From an uncultured Acidobacteriota bacterium (GTDB lineage: Bacteria; Acidobacteriota; Vicinamibacteria; Vicinamibacterales; UBA8438): a stretch of 64,000 nucleotides of DNA. The DNA lies in contig CAJWLU010000010.1 in assembly GCA_913043225.1 (NCBI GenBank), positions 32,001 through 96,000 of the forward strand. Direction: 5' to 3'. Below the pieces are notes generated by a model. That model was not told the origin of the DNA. It saw only the letters and a program-made list of their open reading frames with translations, and made no database searches. Shown here piece after piece: positions 21,744 to 31,432 of this stretch; position 1 is the stretch's first letter; each line of letters begins with the position of its first letter. The position numbers were made by a program, and so were the translations under genes.

Positions 21744-22979
21744 TCACGGGTTCTCACTACCCTCACCTGTTGCGAACGGCAGTGCTTTGTAAGCCGATGG
21801 TCGGTATAGCCGTAGCTCCTCGAGTCGCTCCCATTCCGCGAACCGATCCCAGAAGTCGTCTCGCACCCGTGGACGGGGCTTTCGTGGCGTCTCGACCACC
21901 CGGTCGATCGCCGCGAGCAGCGTCCCACGAAAGTCGCGCGCCAGCAGGCGGTTGAGCGCGGCATCCTGTTCGCGAACGATCTCCTCTTCGAGGGTGGGGT
22001 TCGACAGCACGGTGTGCAGGATCGAGGCAACATGACGCGGGTCCTTCGACTCGTACAGCACGCCGGCGCCATCCATTGTCGCCGGTACCGCCGCCGCGGC
22101 GTAGGCCACTACCGGGACCCGTTTCGAAAACGCTTCAATCAACGGGACGCAGAATCCCTCATGTTCGCTGGCCGACAAGAAGAGGTCCGCCACGTCGTAG
22201 CAGGCGGTCAGCTCGGCGTTGGAAACGTGGCCCAGCAGGTGCACATCAGGCACCCTGAGATCTGCGATCAGATGGTGTAAAGACGCGAGGTAGGACTCGA
22301 ACCCACCCCAGGAGCCGACCAGCAGAAGCCGCGATCGGGGCTGGTACTTGGCGCGGTAGGCGTGATAGAAGCGGATGACGTCCTCGATCCGCTTGTTCGG
22401 GATCACGCGGCCCACGAACATGAGGTTTACCCGTTCATCATCGAATTCGGAGACGAGCGTCAGGTCTGGGGTTTCCTCGAGATGGGTTAGGCTCGGCACC
22501 ACCGGAAGCACGCCGGTCCGCTCGAAACCGAAGCGCGCGAGTTCTTGCCGGTTGAACTCCGAATCTCCCAGGGCAAGATCGCAGCGGTCGACGTAGGCCT
22601 GGAGCTCGCGCCGTCCGCTATAGCAGAAACGGACGAGATCCTTATGTACGCCGACGAAGTACTCCGGCGGCGTGATGTTGTGATAAACGAGCGCCATGCG
22701 GTCCGGCAGCGCGTAGGCGATGCGTGACGCCCGGGATCCGATTGAGAAGTGGTGGATCAGGATGTTGTCCGGGTGCGAGGCATCGATAAGGTCGCGGTAG
22801 TCCAGTGTGAGATCTTCGAGTCGCGGATCGGCGGTTTCCACAAAGATCTCCGATTCGTACCCTGCCTCGCGCAGCACGCGGGTGATGCCCAGGACTTCGT
22901 TGCCGATGGCGTCTCCGTAGCCCAGCGTGGCGAGCACCTGATGCACCGCGGGGGGGCGGCCCGACCTGGCGCTACTCAT
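21744..22979 (-). CDS. GT4 glycosyltransferase (paralog type B)
   Basis: GDAIGNE, YHNITP, FVGRVIPNK, SEHEGFCVPLIEA; start set at ATG 22979, overlapping the upstream stop. Confidence 0.92.
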   Translation of the reverse strand: MSSARSGRPPAVHQVLATLGYGDAIGNEVLGITRVLREAGYESEIFVETADPRLEDLTLDYRDLIDASHPDNILIHHFSIGSRASRIAYALPDRMALVYHNITPPEYFVGVHKDLVRFCYSGRRELQAYVDRCDLALGDSEFNRQELARFGFERTGVLPVVPSLTHLEETPDLTLVSEFDDERVNLMFVGRVIPNKRIEDVIRFYHAYRAKYQPRSRLLLVGSWGGFESYLASLHHLIADLRVPDVHLLGHVSNAELTACYDVADLFLSASEHEGFCVPLIEAFSKRVPVVAYAAAAVPATMDGAGVLYESKDPRHVASILHTVLSNPTLEEEIVREQDAALNRLLARDFRGTLLAAIDRVVETPRKPRPRVRDDFWDRFAEWERLEELRLYRPSAYKALPFATGEGSENP

Positions 22980-24283
22980 GACGCCGCCGCTCCGCCCTCG
23001 CCGCTGGCTGGTCCGCGGGGGAGCCGGTCGACCACGTCGCTCGCCGGTGGTACGGTCCGGCGACGACGGCCGAACCAGCCAGGTATTGCTTCCCGAGCCG
23101 GTCGGTTGGCCGGATCTTCTTGCTGGAGCCGGTCGAACATGTCCAGATACTTCCGTTCGATGGTCGGCCAGGTGTAGTGCCGGTCGAAGTAGATCCGTCC
23201 GTTGGCGCCGAGCGCTTCGCGGAGCCGGCGCTGCGTCAGGATTATGTGTAGCGACTCGGCGAATTCCTCGTAGTTCTCGTAATAGAGACCCGCATTGCTG
23301 CGGACGCACTGCCCGCACAGAACGTCGCACTTACCATTGGCGAGCACGGGGCGCCCCAGGGCCCACGCTTCGAGCGTGACCATCGACAGGCTTTCGTAGT
23401 AGGACGGAATCACAAGGAGCTCGGCGGCCGCCATGGCGTCGAACTTCTCCTCGTCACTGACGAAGCCAAGGTGCCGGATGCGCGGATGCTCCGGGATAGC
23501 CATGATCGGGTTGCCGATGAGCACCAGTGTCAGGGCCTGGTCGATCCTGGCGTATCGTTGGAAGAAGTCGAAGAGTTCCTTGCACCCTTTGTTCTCGTCG
23601 ATGCGGCCAACATAGATAAGGGTGGGGCCATGTAGTCCGGTTCGCTGACGAAACCGGTCGGGTTGGGGATCCGACGGCACTTCCGAGCCGATGCCCACCA
23701 CCACGCCAGGGACCCGTTCGTTGCCGGACACACCTTGGATCAGCGCGCGCTCTTCGTGCGAGTTGTACATCAGCGCTCGCACGCCACGGAACGCCGGACC
23801 GAAGATCTCGAGGCCGAGTGCCGGATCCCGCTCGGCGGTAGGCACGAGCACCGCCTGATCCGGTGTTACGCGCGCCCCGTGATAGGCGTGGTAGTAGCGA
23901 TAGCTGAAGAAGACGCAGAAATCGTACTCGTGCCCGTGCCGTCGCAGGTGCTTGACGAGAGCCGGGGAGGTCGGTCCCTCGCTGCGGAGCCAGGCGAGCT
24001 CGGACCCGATGGAGTGCTCTTCCCCGAACACGTGCTCGGACCGTCGTCCGAAGTCGTCAGGATCACGTTCTCGACTCACCGGGAAGCGACAAACCGGAAT
24101 CCCATTCACCTGTTCGACCCCAGGGGTCAGGTCGTTCTTCCAGGTGATGTAGTCGGTCGTGCTCGTGGTGAGCACTTCGACGTCGGCATGTGGAGCGAGG
24201 TGCTCAGCAACGTATCTGGCGTGGAGCTCGGCGCCGCCGTTCAGGTCGGCGCCGTAGCGCTGGACGACGACGGCAAGCTTCAC
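22976..24283 (-). CDS. GT4 glycosyltransferase (paralog type A)
   Basis: QRYG...GGAE, VGRIDENKG, PSYYESLSMVTLEA. Confidence 0.92.
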   Translation of the reverse strand: MKLAVVVQRYGADLNGGAELHARYVAEHLAPHADVEVLTTSTTDYITWKNDLTPGVEQVNGIPVCRFPVSRERDPDDFGRRSEHVFGEEHSIGSELAWLRSEGPTSPALVKHLRRHGHEYDFCVFFSYRYYHAYHGARVTPDQAVLVPTAERDPALGLEIFGPAFRGVRALMYNSHEERALIQGVSGNERVPGVVVGIGSEVPSDPQPDRFRQRTGLHGPTLIYVGRIDENKGCKELFDFFQRYARIDQALTLVLIGNPIMAIPEHPRIRHLGFVSDEEKFDAMAAAELLVIPSYYESLSMVTLEAWALGRPVLANGKCDVLCGQCVRSNAGLYYENYEEFAESLHIILTQRRLREALGANGRIYFDRHYTWPTIERKYLDMFDRLQQEDPANRPAREAIPGWFGRRRRTVPPASDVVDRLPRGPASGEGGAAAS

Positions 24284-25407
24284 TGCTCGTCGGGATCGCC
24301 TGAGCGTTCTCCCGGCTCCGGGTCCGCCGATACTGGCGTGTCCTGGGGACCACCCGCGTCTCCTCCGGCGTCGCCTGTAGTCGGTGGCGAGGCGAGCGTG
24401 GCTGTCTCAACGGATGGAGCCGTCTCTGGCGCCGCCGCGCTCGGGACCGGCTCCTCCGGCGTCGGGCTCGCTGTGTCTGTGTCGACGGCCGGTGCGCTTG
24501 CCTCGGCCGACGTGCCGCCGCCGCTCGGCTCGGGAGCCGCGTCTGTTGGCACCGGTGTGTCGCCGTTTCCGCCGTCGGTCGCTGGCTGGGTTGCCGCCGG
24601 GGCGTCCGCCTCGCCCGAGCCGCCGCCCCGGCGACGTGACCGTCGCCGCCGCCGCCGGGTGCGTCCCGACCCAGAGCCGCTCGTGCTGTCGCCGTCCCTC
24701 GACCCGGCTTCGTCAGTCGACGGGGTCGAGCGGTGCTGTACCACGGTTTCCAGCGCACGCGCCCGACGTTCGGCGAAGTCTAGTCGGCCGGCCACCGATT
24801 CGACCCGCATCATGTGGTTCTTCATGTCCACTGACAGTCGGGTCATCTCGACGACGAGGTTGTTCAGCACCTCGTAGTTCAGCGAATCGAGCTCTTCGCG
24901 TGCCTGGAATTTTGCGCCGGCCCGCTCGAACTGCTTCGTGACCCGTTCGGCTAGGTCGGTCTGCTGTTGCAAGAGCTGAAGGGTGTAGGCGTTGATCTCG
25001 GCCTGCCGAGTCAGGGCATGGACCATCGGGTCAGGGTTGAACAGTAGTTTGAGAAACGGATTCAGGAGTTTCCGGATCATCTGGATGATTTTGCCCGTAG
25101 GTCCACGGGATGACTTGTAGATGGTTTCCGTGTCGAACTCGAACGACTCGGGAGGCGGTCCCAGGAGCGACGGAGTCGACCAGTCGATCGGGTCCTGCCC
25201 CTCCGCAGCATCCAGTTGACGATACTGCTCGACCAGACCCGAGCGGACCTGCCGGGGGTCGAGAAAGCGTTCGAGTTTCACCGAGGCGAGCTCGCGAACA
25301 TGCTCCTCGGTGTAGTCGGCGCCCCGCTTTTCACGGATACGTTCGCGGATCTGCTCCATGATCCGGGTGACGTCGACGGAATCTGACTGAATGTTGAACT
25401 CGGCCAT
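24280..25407 (-). CDS. Coiled-coil protein with Arg-rich patch and long disordered Pro/Ala/Asp-rich tail
   Basis: DVTRIMEQIRERIREKR, heptad-like central region, RTRRRRRRSRRRGG; start set at ATG 25407. Confidence 0.8.
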   Translation of the reverse strand: MAEFNIQSDSVDVTRIMEQIRERIREKRGADYTEEHVRELASVKLERFLDPRQVRSGLVEQYRQLDAAEGQDPIDWSTPSLLGPPPESFEFDTETIYKSSRGPTGKIIQMIRKLLNPFLKLLFNPDPMVHALTRQAEINAYTLQLLQQQTDLAERVTKQFERAGAKFQAREELDSLNYEVLNNLVVEMTRLSVDMKNHMMRVESVAGRLDFAERRARALETVVQHRSTPSTDEAGSRDGDSTSGSGSGRTRRRRRRSRRRGGGSGEADAPAATQPATDGGNGDTPVPTDAAPEPSGGGTSAEASAPAVDTDTASPTPEEPVPSAAAPETAPSVETATLASPPTTGDAGGDAGGPQDTPVSADPEPGERSGDPDEQ

Positions 25408-25439
25408 TGTGTGCCAGATAAGTGTAGTTGATGCGGGCG

Positions 25440-26384
25440 TTATCCGAGCGGGCGGTAGATGATCAGGGCGACCGCTACCGACCAGCCCACGGCGCACCAG
25501 GCCAGCCCGCGGTCCCGTAGCAACAGGTCGGAGGGACTGGCCAGCGGGTGTTCTCGCATGATCAGCAGATAGCGGAGTACCCCATAGACCGGGAATGGAA
25601 TCGTCAAGGTCAGCAGATCGGTGCCGAAGGTGGCGATCGTGTTCGGGTCGGTTGTGTAGACCGCATAGCTCAGCACGGTGGCTCCGGCCACGATCGTGAC
25701 CATCTGGTCGAGTCCCTGCACACTGTAGCGGCCCAGCGCCGGCCGATGCTCGGTCGCATGCTCACCCAGTGCGTCCACCTCCTGTCGCCGCTTGGTGAGG
25801 CCGAGGAACAGGGCGCCCAGCAAGGTACAGACCAGTAGCCACTGGCTCGACGGAACGCCGACGGCGACGGCGCCAGCCACCGCCCTGAGTACGAAGCCGA
25901 CCGCGATCGTCAGCACGTCGAGCACGACCATGTGCTTGAGGAGCCGTGAGTAGAGCGTGAGCAACGCGACGAACAGCAGCGATAGCCCGCCCAGCATCGG
26001 GTTGAGAACGAAGCCGGCACCGAGACCAAGCGCCAGCAACACCACGACGGCGCCGATCGCCACGCCGCTTGAGATACGTCCGGCGGCGATCGGGCGCTTG
26101 GCCTTGACCGGATGCAGCCGGTCTGCTCTCCGGTCTCCTAGGTCGTTGACGAGATACATCGCGCTCGACAGTGCGCAGAACGCGCCGAAGGCGCCGGCCG
26201 CCCTGAAGACGGACGTTGGTTCCATCAGTTGCCCGCCAAAGACGAGCCCGGCGAACACGATCAGGTTCTTGGTCCACTGGTCCGGCCGGAGGGAGGTGAC
26301 GAGGTCGGCCGTTAGGTTGAAGGCCGACGTCTCCCGGTGGGGCGAGACGTCGGTCATCCCGTGCTCGGAGCTGTAGTGCGCCAT
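25440..26384 (-). CDS. UbiA-family polyprenyl-phosphate phosphoribosyltransferase (DPPR-synthase-like)
   Basis: LRPDQWTKN, YLVNDLGDRRADRLHPVKAKRPIAAG, LRAVAG, KRRQE; start may be 26357. Confidence 0.88.
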   Translation of the reverse strand: MAHYSSEHGMTDVSPHRETSAFNLTADLVTSLRPDQWTKNLIVFAGLVFGGQLMEPTSVFRAAGAFGAFCALSSAMYLVNDLGDRRADRLHPVKAKRPIAAGRISSGVAIGAVVVLLALGLGAGFVLNPMLGGLSLLFVALLTLYSRLLKHMVVLDVLTIAVGFVLRAVAGAVAVGVPSSQWLLVCTLLGALFLGLTKRRQEVDALGEHATEHRPALGRYSVQGLDQMVTIVAGATVLSYAVYTTDPNTIATFGTDLLTLTIPFPVYGVLRYLLIMREHPLASPSDLLLRDRGLAWCAVGWSVAVALIIYRPLG

Positions 26385-26429
26385 CGCGTCCGGCGCCCCG
26401 CGCCGGAGCGGGGCGGGGCGACCCGACGG

Positions 26430-26771
26430 TCAGCTGCTGAAGCTGCTGACCGCGTCGGCTTCGGACTCGAAGGTGTCGAACACCGTCAACAGCTTGGTGA
26501 TGGCCAGCAGGTCGGTGATCCGCTTCGTGAGGTTCACGAGCTTTAGAGTGCCACCTTGGCGGCTAACGGTCGTGTAGGTCCGCACGATCTCGCCGAGACC
26601 GGCACTGTCGACGTAGGGAACGTCTTCGAGGTTCAGTAGCAGGTTCTTGTGTCCCTGCTGCAGCAGGTTGTTGATCTTTTCCTTCAGGAGCTCGTCGCCT
26701 TCGCCGATGGTGAGCTTCCCTTTCAGATCCAGCACGACGACGTTCTCGAGTGTTCTTTCCTCGATTTCCAT
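26430..26771 (-). CDS. STAS-domain anti-sigma factor antagonist
   Basis: VPYVDSAGLGEIV with the phosphorylatable Ser, ITKLLTVF. Confidence 0.93.
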   Translation of the reverse strand: MEIEERTLENVVVLDLKGKLTIGEGDELLKEKINNLLQQGHKNLLLNLEDVPYVDSAGLGEIVRTYTTVSRQGGTLKLVNLTKRITDLLAITKLLTVFDTFESEADAVSSFSS

Positions 26772-26913
26772 GAAGACTCTCCCACTGAGTTCCCGGCGCG
26801 GTATGAAACGCCGTAAGACCCTGTGCTATTGAGCTTTAACTGACTCAGAGCCGCTGAAAAAAGTACTATGATCCCTGGGGTCTGTCAAATACACGCTGAC
26901 ACTGGCGGTCGGC

Positions 26914-27111
26914 CTACTCGGTCTCGCGACGCTGCTTCTTGCGGGTGCGCTTTCGAGCAAGGGCTTGCTTCGCTCGGCGCTTGTCACCAGGTTTCAAGTA
27001 GTACGAGTGCTTCTTGATGTCCTTGATGATGTCTTCCTGCTGGACCTTTCGCTTGAAGCGGCGCAACGCGCTCTCAACCGATTCGCCCTCATTGATTTTG
27101 ACCTCAGCCAA
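26914..27111 (-). CDS. rpsU: 30S ribosomal protein S21 (TTG start)
   Basis: ESVESALRRFKRKVQQEDIIKDIKKHSYYLKPG; SD GGAGGTG upstream of TTG 27111. Confidence 0.95.
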   Translation of the reverse strand: MAEVKINEGESVESALRRFKRKVQQEDIIKDIKKHSYYLKPGDKRRAKQALARKRTRKKQRRETE

Positions 27112-27264
27112 ACTGCTTGACACCTCCCTCGCGCGGTCAGCGATGCCGTCTTCGCGGGGGCCCGGCATCCGCGGTGCCGGAGCTCATCGAGTGTGCTAGG
27201 CTAGCCCCGGCCAGCTGGCCGGAACGAGCATTGGTTGCCCCGCTTGCTTAAGGGGCAAACAGAA

Positions 27265-27294
27265 ATTCTAGTGCCCTATTGTGTTGTGGCGCAA
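27265..27294 (-). promoter_or_regulatory. Putative rpsU promoter
   Basis: TTGCGC-18 bp-TAGAAT on the minus strand. Confidence 0.5.
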
Positions 27295-27398
27295 CAGAAT
27301 TCACGGGCGCGACAGGTTGTCTGCGGCCGGGGCAACCGACGTTCCCGCCCCACCCACGTGAGGTCGGTGGCGTTGGCGTTCCATTTCGAGGCTGATTC

Positions 27399-28676
27399 AT
27401 GAAGATACTGGTGGTCGGTAGCGGCGCGCGTGAGCATGCGCTCGCCTGGAAGCTGGGCCGTGAAGCCGGCGTCCGGGAGGTTGTGTGCGCGCCGGGCAAC
27501 GCCGGCACCAGTGAGGTGGCGCGCGCCCTCGATCTCGACATGTCCGACCCGGCGGCCGTCCTGGCCTTGGCCGAGGCGGAGGACATCGACTTGACGGTGG
27601 TGGGACCCGAACTACCCCTGGCGCTAGGGGTTCAGGATCGGTTTGCGGCTGCCGGGCGTGTCCTGTTCGGTCCCAGTCAGGCTGCCGCGCGACTCGAGTC
27701 GAGTAAGGCGTTTGCCAAGGAATTCATGCAGCGACACGAGGTGCCGACTGCTAGATTCGCCGTGCACGACACAGCCGAGGGGGCACTGGCGTCTGTGGCG
27801 GGCGAGCAGTTCGGCTTTCCAGTCGTGGTCAAGGCCGACGGCCTGGCCGCTGGAAAGGGCGTCACCGTTGCGTCGGATCGCGGCTCGGCCGAGGCGGCGA
27901 TCCGGGAGGCGATGCTTGACGATCGCTTTGGCGATGCTGGCCGTCGGGTGGTGATCGAGGAATGTCTCGTTGGTCCTGAGGCTTCGTATTTCGCCATCTG
28001 CGACGGGCGAGCGGCGCTCGCCCTACCGACGGCCCAGGACCACAAACGCGCTTACGACGACGACCAGGGACCCAACACCGGAGGGATGGGTGCGTTTTCG
28101 CCCAGTCCGCTGGTGACCCCGGCCGTCGAGCGGCGCATCCGTGAGGAGATCGTCGGACCGGTGCTCGAGGGGCTGGCCGCCGAAGGAGCGGCGTATCACG
28201 GGTTCCTGTATGTCGGTTTGATGCTGACCGTAGATGGGCCCAAGGTCATCGAGTTCAACGTCCGGCTCGGAGATCCGGAGGCGCAGGTCGTTCTGCCGAT
28301 GGTTGAGGATTCGCTCGCGCCGATGCTGGCGGCGGCCGCGGCTGGCAGTCTCTCGACCTCGGTGTGTCGCCACACGACTGACCCGCATGTCGGGGTGGTC
28401 CTTGCCTCGGGCGGCTATCCTGGGGCTTACGCGAAGGGCCTGCCGATCAGTGGACTCGACCAGACGGCCGAACAGGAAGGCGTGTTGGTGTTCCATGCCG
28501 GTACTAGGCTCGACGGTGACTCGGTGGTGACGACCGGCGGCCGGGTGCTGACCGTGGTCGGCCGGGGAGCAGACTATGGCGCCGCCATTGCGCGGGCCTA
28601 TGCGGCGGAGCAGTGTGTGACGTTTACCGATAAGCAGGTGCGGACCGATATCGGACGCAAGGCCCTGCGGTCTTGA
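27399..28676 (+). CDS. purD: Phosphoribosylamine-glycine ligase
   Basis: GSGAREHA, VGPE, KADGLAAGKGV, QDHKR, GPNTGGMG, EFNVRLGDPE. Confidence 0.97.
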   Translation: MKILVVGSGAREHALAWKLGREAGVREVVCAPGNAGTSEVARALDLDMSDPAAVLALAEAEDIDLTVVGPELPLALGVQDRFAAAGRVLFGPSQAAARLESSKAFAKEFMQRHEVPTARFAVHDTAEGALASVAGEQFGFPVVVKADGLAAGKGVTVASDRGSAEAAIREAMLDDRFGDAGRRVVIEECLVGPEASYFAICDGRAALALPTAQDHKRAYDDDQGPNTGGMGAFSPSPLVTPAVERRIREEIVGPVLEGLAAEGAAYHGFLYVGLMLTVDGPKVIEFNVRLGDPEAQVVLPMVEDSLAPMLAAAAAGSLSTSVCRHTTDPHVGVVLASGGYPGAYAKGLPISGLDQTAEQEGVLVFHAGTRLDGDSVVTTGGRVLTVVGRGADYGAAIARAYAAEQCVTFTDKQVRTDIGRKALRS

Positions 28677-28694
28677 CGGAGAAGGGTGAGGGAG

Positions 28695-29192
28695 ATGAGT
28701 GATCTGCAAGTGCAAGTGCTGATGGGGTCCGGGTCCGACGCGGACGTGATGGCCAATACCGTGCGCACCCTGCGCGACCTCGGCATTTCGAGCGAGATGA
28801 CCGTGGCCTCGGCGCACCGTTCACCGGCTCGGGTCCAGAAGGTGATGGAGGAGGCGATCGTCAGAGGGGTGAAGGTGTTCGTGGTCGGTGCCGGTGCTGC
28901 CGCCCACTTGGCCGGCGTCGTGGCGGCGCACACCGCGCTGCCCGTCATAGGGGTGCCGATCGACTCGTCGCCGCTAAAGGGTTTCGACTCGTTGCTCGCC
29001 ACGGTGCAGATGCCGCCGGGCGTGCCGGTCGCAACCGTGGCCGTCGGCAAGGCGGGCGCAACCAACGCCGCCGTGCTGGCGGCTCAGATCCTCGCTATCG
29101 GCGATCCGGCCGTGGCGGAGCAGGTAGATGCCTACCGGGTGAAGCAGACCGCCAAGGTCGAGAAGGCGGCGGCCGAGCTGGTCCAGCCTTGA
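28695..29192 (+). CDS. purE: AIR carboxylase / N5-CAIR mutase
   Basis: MGSGSD, SAHRSP, AAHLAGV, PVIGVP, QMPPGVPVATV; start set at ATG 28695. Confidence 0.95.
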   Translation: MSDLQVQVLMGSGSDADVMANTVRTLRDLGISSEMTVASAHRSPARVQKVMEEAIVRGVKVFVVGAGAAAHLAGVVAAHTALPVIGVPIDSSPLKGFDSLLATVQMPPGVPVATVAVGKAGATNAAVLAAQILAIGDPAVAEQVDAYRVKQTAKVEKAAAELVQP

Positions 29193-29206
29193 GGAAACCA
29201 GCTTCG

Positions 29207-30196
29207 CTACCGCCCCAACAACGTCAACAGCAGCGCCTTTTGGGTGTGGAGTCTGTTCTCCGCCTGGTCGAAGACCGCTGAACGTGGCCCGTCGAGGACG
29301 TCGGCATCGACCTCCTCGCCACGGTGGGCTGGCAGACAGTGCATGAAGAAGGCATCCGGTCCTGCCAGATCCATCAGTGCGGATGAGACCCGATAGCCTT
29401 CGAACGCCTGCATCCGGCGGGCACTTTCCGCTTCCTGTCCCATCGAGGTCCAGACGTCCGTGTACACCGCATCGGCGCCCTCCACCGCCTCGGACGGGTC
29501 GGTGACTTGGACGATCTCCATCCCTCCCGAACCGCGGGCCCGTGCCGCGGCCAGGGTCGATTCAGGTAGCTGATAGGCCTCCGGCGACGCGAGTCTCAGG
29601 TTCATTCCCAGCGTGACGGCGGCGTGAGTCAGCGAGGTGGCGACGTTGTTGCCGTCACCCACGTAGGCCAGCGTGCGTCCCCGGACCGAGCCGCAGCGTT
29701 CGGCAATGGTGAGGCAGTCGGCCAGGGCCTGACAGGGATGCTCCTCGTTGGTCAGAGCGTTGACCACTCTGAGTTGTGCCGTGGCGTTGACGAACTCCTG
29801 AAGCCGTGACTGCTCGAAAGTCCGGATGGCGGCCACCGAGACCCATCGCTCCAGGGTGCGGGCCACGTCGGCGAGCGTCTCCCGGGTGCCGAGCGCGTCC
29901 GCCGACGGCGGGCACGTGACGTTGCCGCCGAGCTCCCGCATTGCGATCTCGAATCCGGTACGGGTCCTGAGCGAGGGTTTGTCGAACAGCAGGGCCAATG
30001 ACTGCCCCGCCAGGGCGCGCGCGGTCGGCGCGTCGGGCCCCAGCGCCCGTTCCTTTTTCAGACGCCCCGCCAGCGCGAGCACCGCTTCGAGCGCGCTCGG
30101 GGTCAGATCGAGTACGGACAGGTAGGTCCGGCCCGGCGCTCGGAGTGCTGTCCGGGCAGCCTGGTTCGACTTGGGCGTAGGCGATGTGGTCGTCAT
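29207..30196 (-). CDS. argF: Ornithine carbamoyltransferase
   Basis: KPSLRT, HPCQ, DVWTSMG, HCLPAH, QAENR. Confidence 0.95.
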   Translation of the reverse strand: MTTTSPTPKSNQAARTALRAPGRTYLSVLDLTPSALEAVLALAGRLKKERALGPDAPTARALAGQSLALLFDKPSLRTRTGFEIAMRELGGNVTCPPSADALGTRETLADVARTLERWVSVAAIRTFEQSRLQEFVNATAQLRVVNALTNEEHPCQALADCLTIAERCGSVRGRTLAYVGDGNNVATSLTHAAVTLGMNLRLASPEAYQLPESTLAAARARGSGGMEIVQVTDPSEAVEGADAVYTDVWTSMGQEAESARRMQAFEGYRVSSALMDLAGPDAFFMHCLPAHRGEEVDADVLDGPRSAVFDQAENRLHTQKALLLTLLGR

Positions 30197-30207
30197 GGTC
30201 GTAGGGG

Positions 30208-31410
30208 TCAGGTCCGATAGTCGGCGTTGATCCGCACGTACTCGGCGCTGAAGTCACAGGTCCAGGCGGTAAACGACGCTGTGCCGCCGGTGCCAAGGTC
30301 GACGATTAGGGAGACCTCATCCTGCTTTAGGTGCGCGGCCGCTTCCGGTTCCCGATCGGCATACACCGTTTCGTGGCCGAAGAGCTCGACAGGCCCGACG
30401 AAGACTCTGGCCCGAGTCGGCTCGAAGGCCACCCCGGCGCGGCCCGCCACTGCCACCAGTCGTCCCCAGTTCGGATCTTCGCCATGGACCGCCGTCTTGA
30501 CGAGCGGGGAGTTGGCCATGGCCTTGGCGGCCTGTCGCGCCTCGTCGACCGATCCCGCGCCGGCGACGTGAATCGAGACCAGCTTCGACGCACCCTCGCC
30601 GCCGCGCACGATTGCCAACGCCAGTTCGTGACAGACTGCATGGAGCGCTTCGACGAAGTGCGGGTAGAGGCCCTCGTCGATCTGCACGCCGGAGCTACCG
30701 CCAGCGAGTAGGAGCACCATGTCGTTTGTCGAGGTCTCACCGTCCACGGTGATGGCGTTGAAGGTTGGGTCTGCTACTTCGCGCAACGCACGGTGGAGCC
30801 CGCCTGGGCTGATCTCGGCGTCGGTGGTCAGGAACGCCAGCATGGTCGCCATGTTCGGCTCGATCATGCCCGCCCCCTTAGCCATCCCGCCGACCCGGAA
30901 CGACCCCGCCGGGGTGTCGGCGCGCACCGCCGTTTCCTTCGACCAGGGGTCGGTGGTCATGATCGCTTCGGCCGCAGCGGTGTGCTGGTCTCGTCCAAGG
31001 GTCTGGGTGGCACTCAAGACGCCAGCCTTGATCTTGGCCGGGTCGAGTGGCGCCCCGATCACACCCGTGGAGGACACCAGCACCTGCTCCGGCGGGCACC
31101 CTACCGCCAGGGCCGTGTCGTCGGCCATGGCCCGGGCGACGTCGAGTCCAGAGGGACCCGTGCATGCGTTGGCGCATCCGCTGTTGACCACCACGGCCCT
31201 AGTGGTTGCGCCCGAGCGAGCAAGGTGTTCGCGGGTTACCACGACCGGCGCCGCCACGGCCAGGTTGGTCGTGAAGATCCCGGCAGCGCGCGCGGCGGGC
31301 GTGGCCACTAGCAACGCCAGGTCCAGCCCTGACGCTTTGATTCCGCACGCCACGCCAGCAGCCGTGAATCCAGCTGGTGCGGTGATGCCGCCCTCGATCC
31401 GTTCCACCAT
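30208..31410 (-). CDS. argJ: Ornithine acetyltransferase / N-acetylglutamate synthase
   Basis: NSGCANA, MTTD, KGAGMIEPNMATML, DGETSTND, DPNWGR, YVRINADYRT. Confidence 0.96.
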   Translation of the reverse strand: MVERIEGGITAPAGFTAAGVACGIKASGLDLALLVATPAARAAGIFTTNLAVAAPVVVTREHLARSGATTRAVVVNSGCANACTGPSGLDVARAMADDTALAVGCPPEQVLVSSTGVIGAPLDPAKIKAGVLSATQTLGRDQHTAAAEAIMTTDPWSKETAVRADTPAGSFRVGGMAKGAGMIEPNMATMLAFLTTDAEISPGGLHRALREVADPTFNAITVDGETSTNDMVLLLAGGSSGVQIDEGLYPHFVEALHAVCHELALAIVRGGEGASKLVSIHVAGAGSVDEARQAAKAMANSPLVKTAVHGEDPNWGRLVAVAGRAGVAFEPTRARVFVGPVELFGHETVYADREPEAAAHLKQDEVSLIVDLGTGGTASFTAWTCDFSAEYVRINADYRT

Positions 31411-31432
31411 GATCTCGCTCCGCCAGCGCCGT

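Noticed and set aside
25400..25420. sigma54 promoter TGGCACACAATGGC on the minus strand
   Set aside because: Spacing is GG-N9-GC and it overlaps the start codon
29207..30196. Acetyl- or succinyl-ornithine transcarbamylase, suggested by SLRT
   Set aside because: SMG loop and HCLPAH are typical of ordinary OTC, and argJ supplies ornithine
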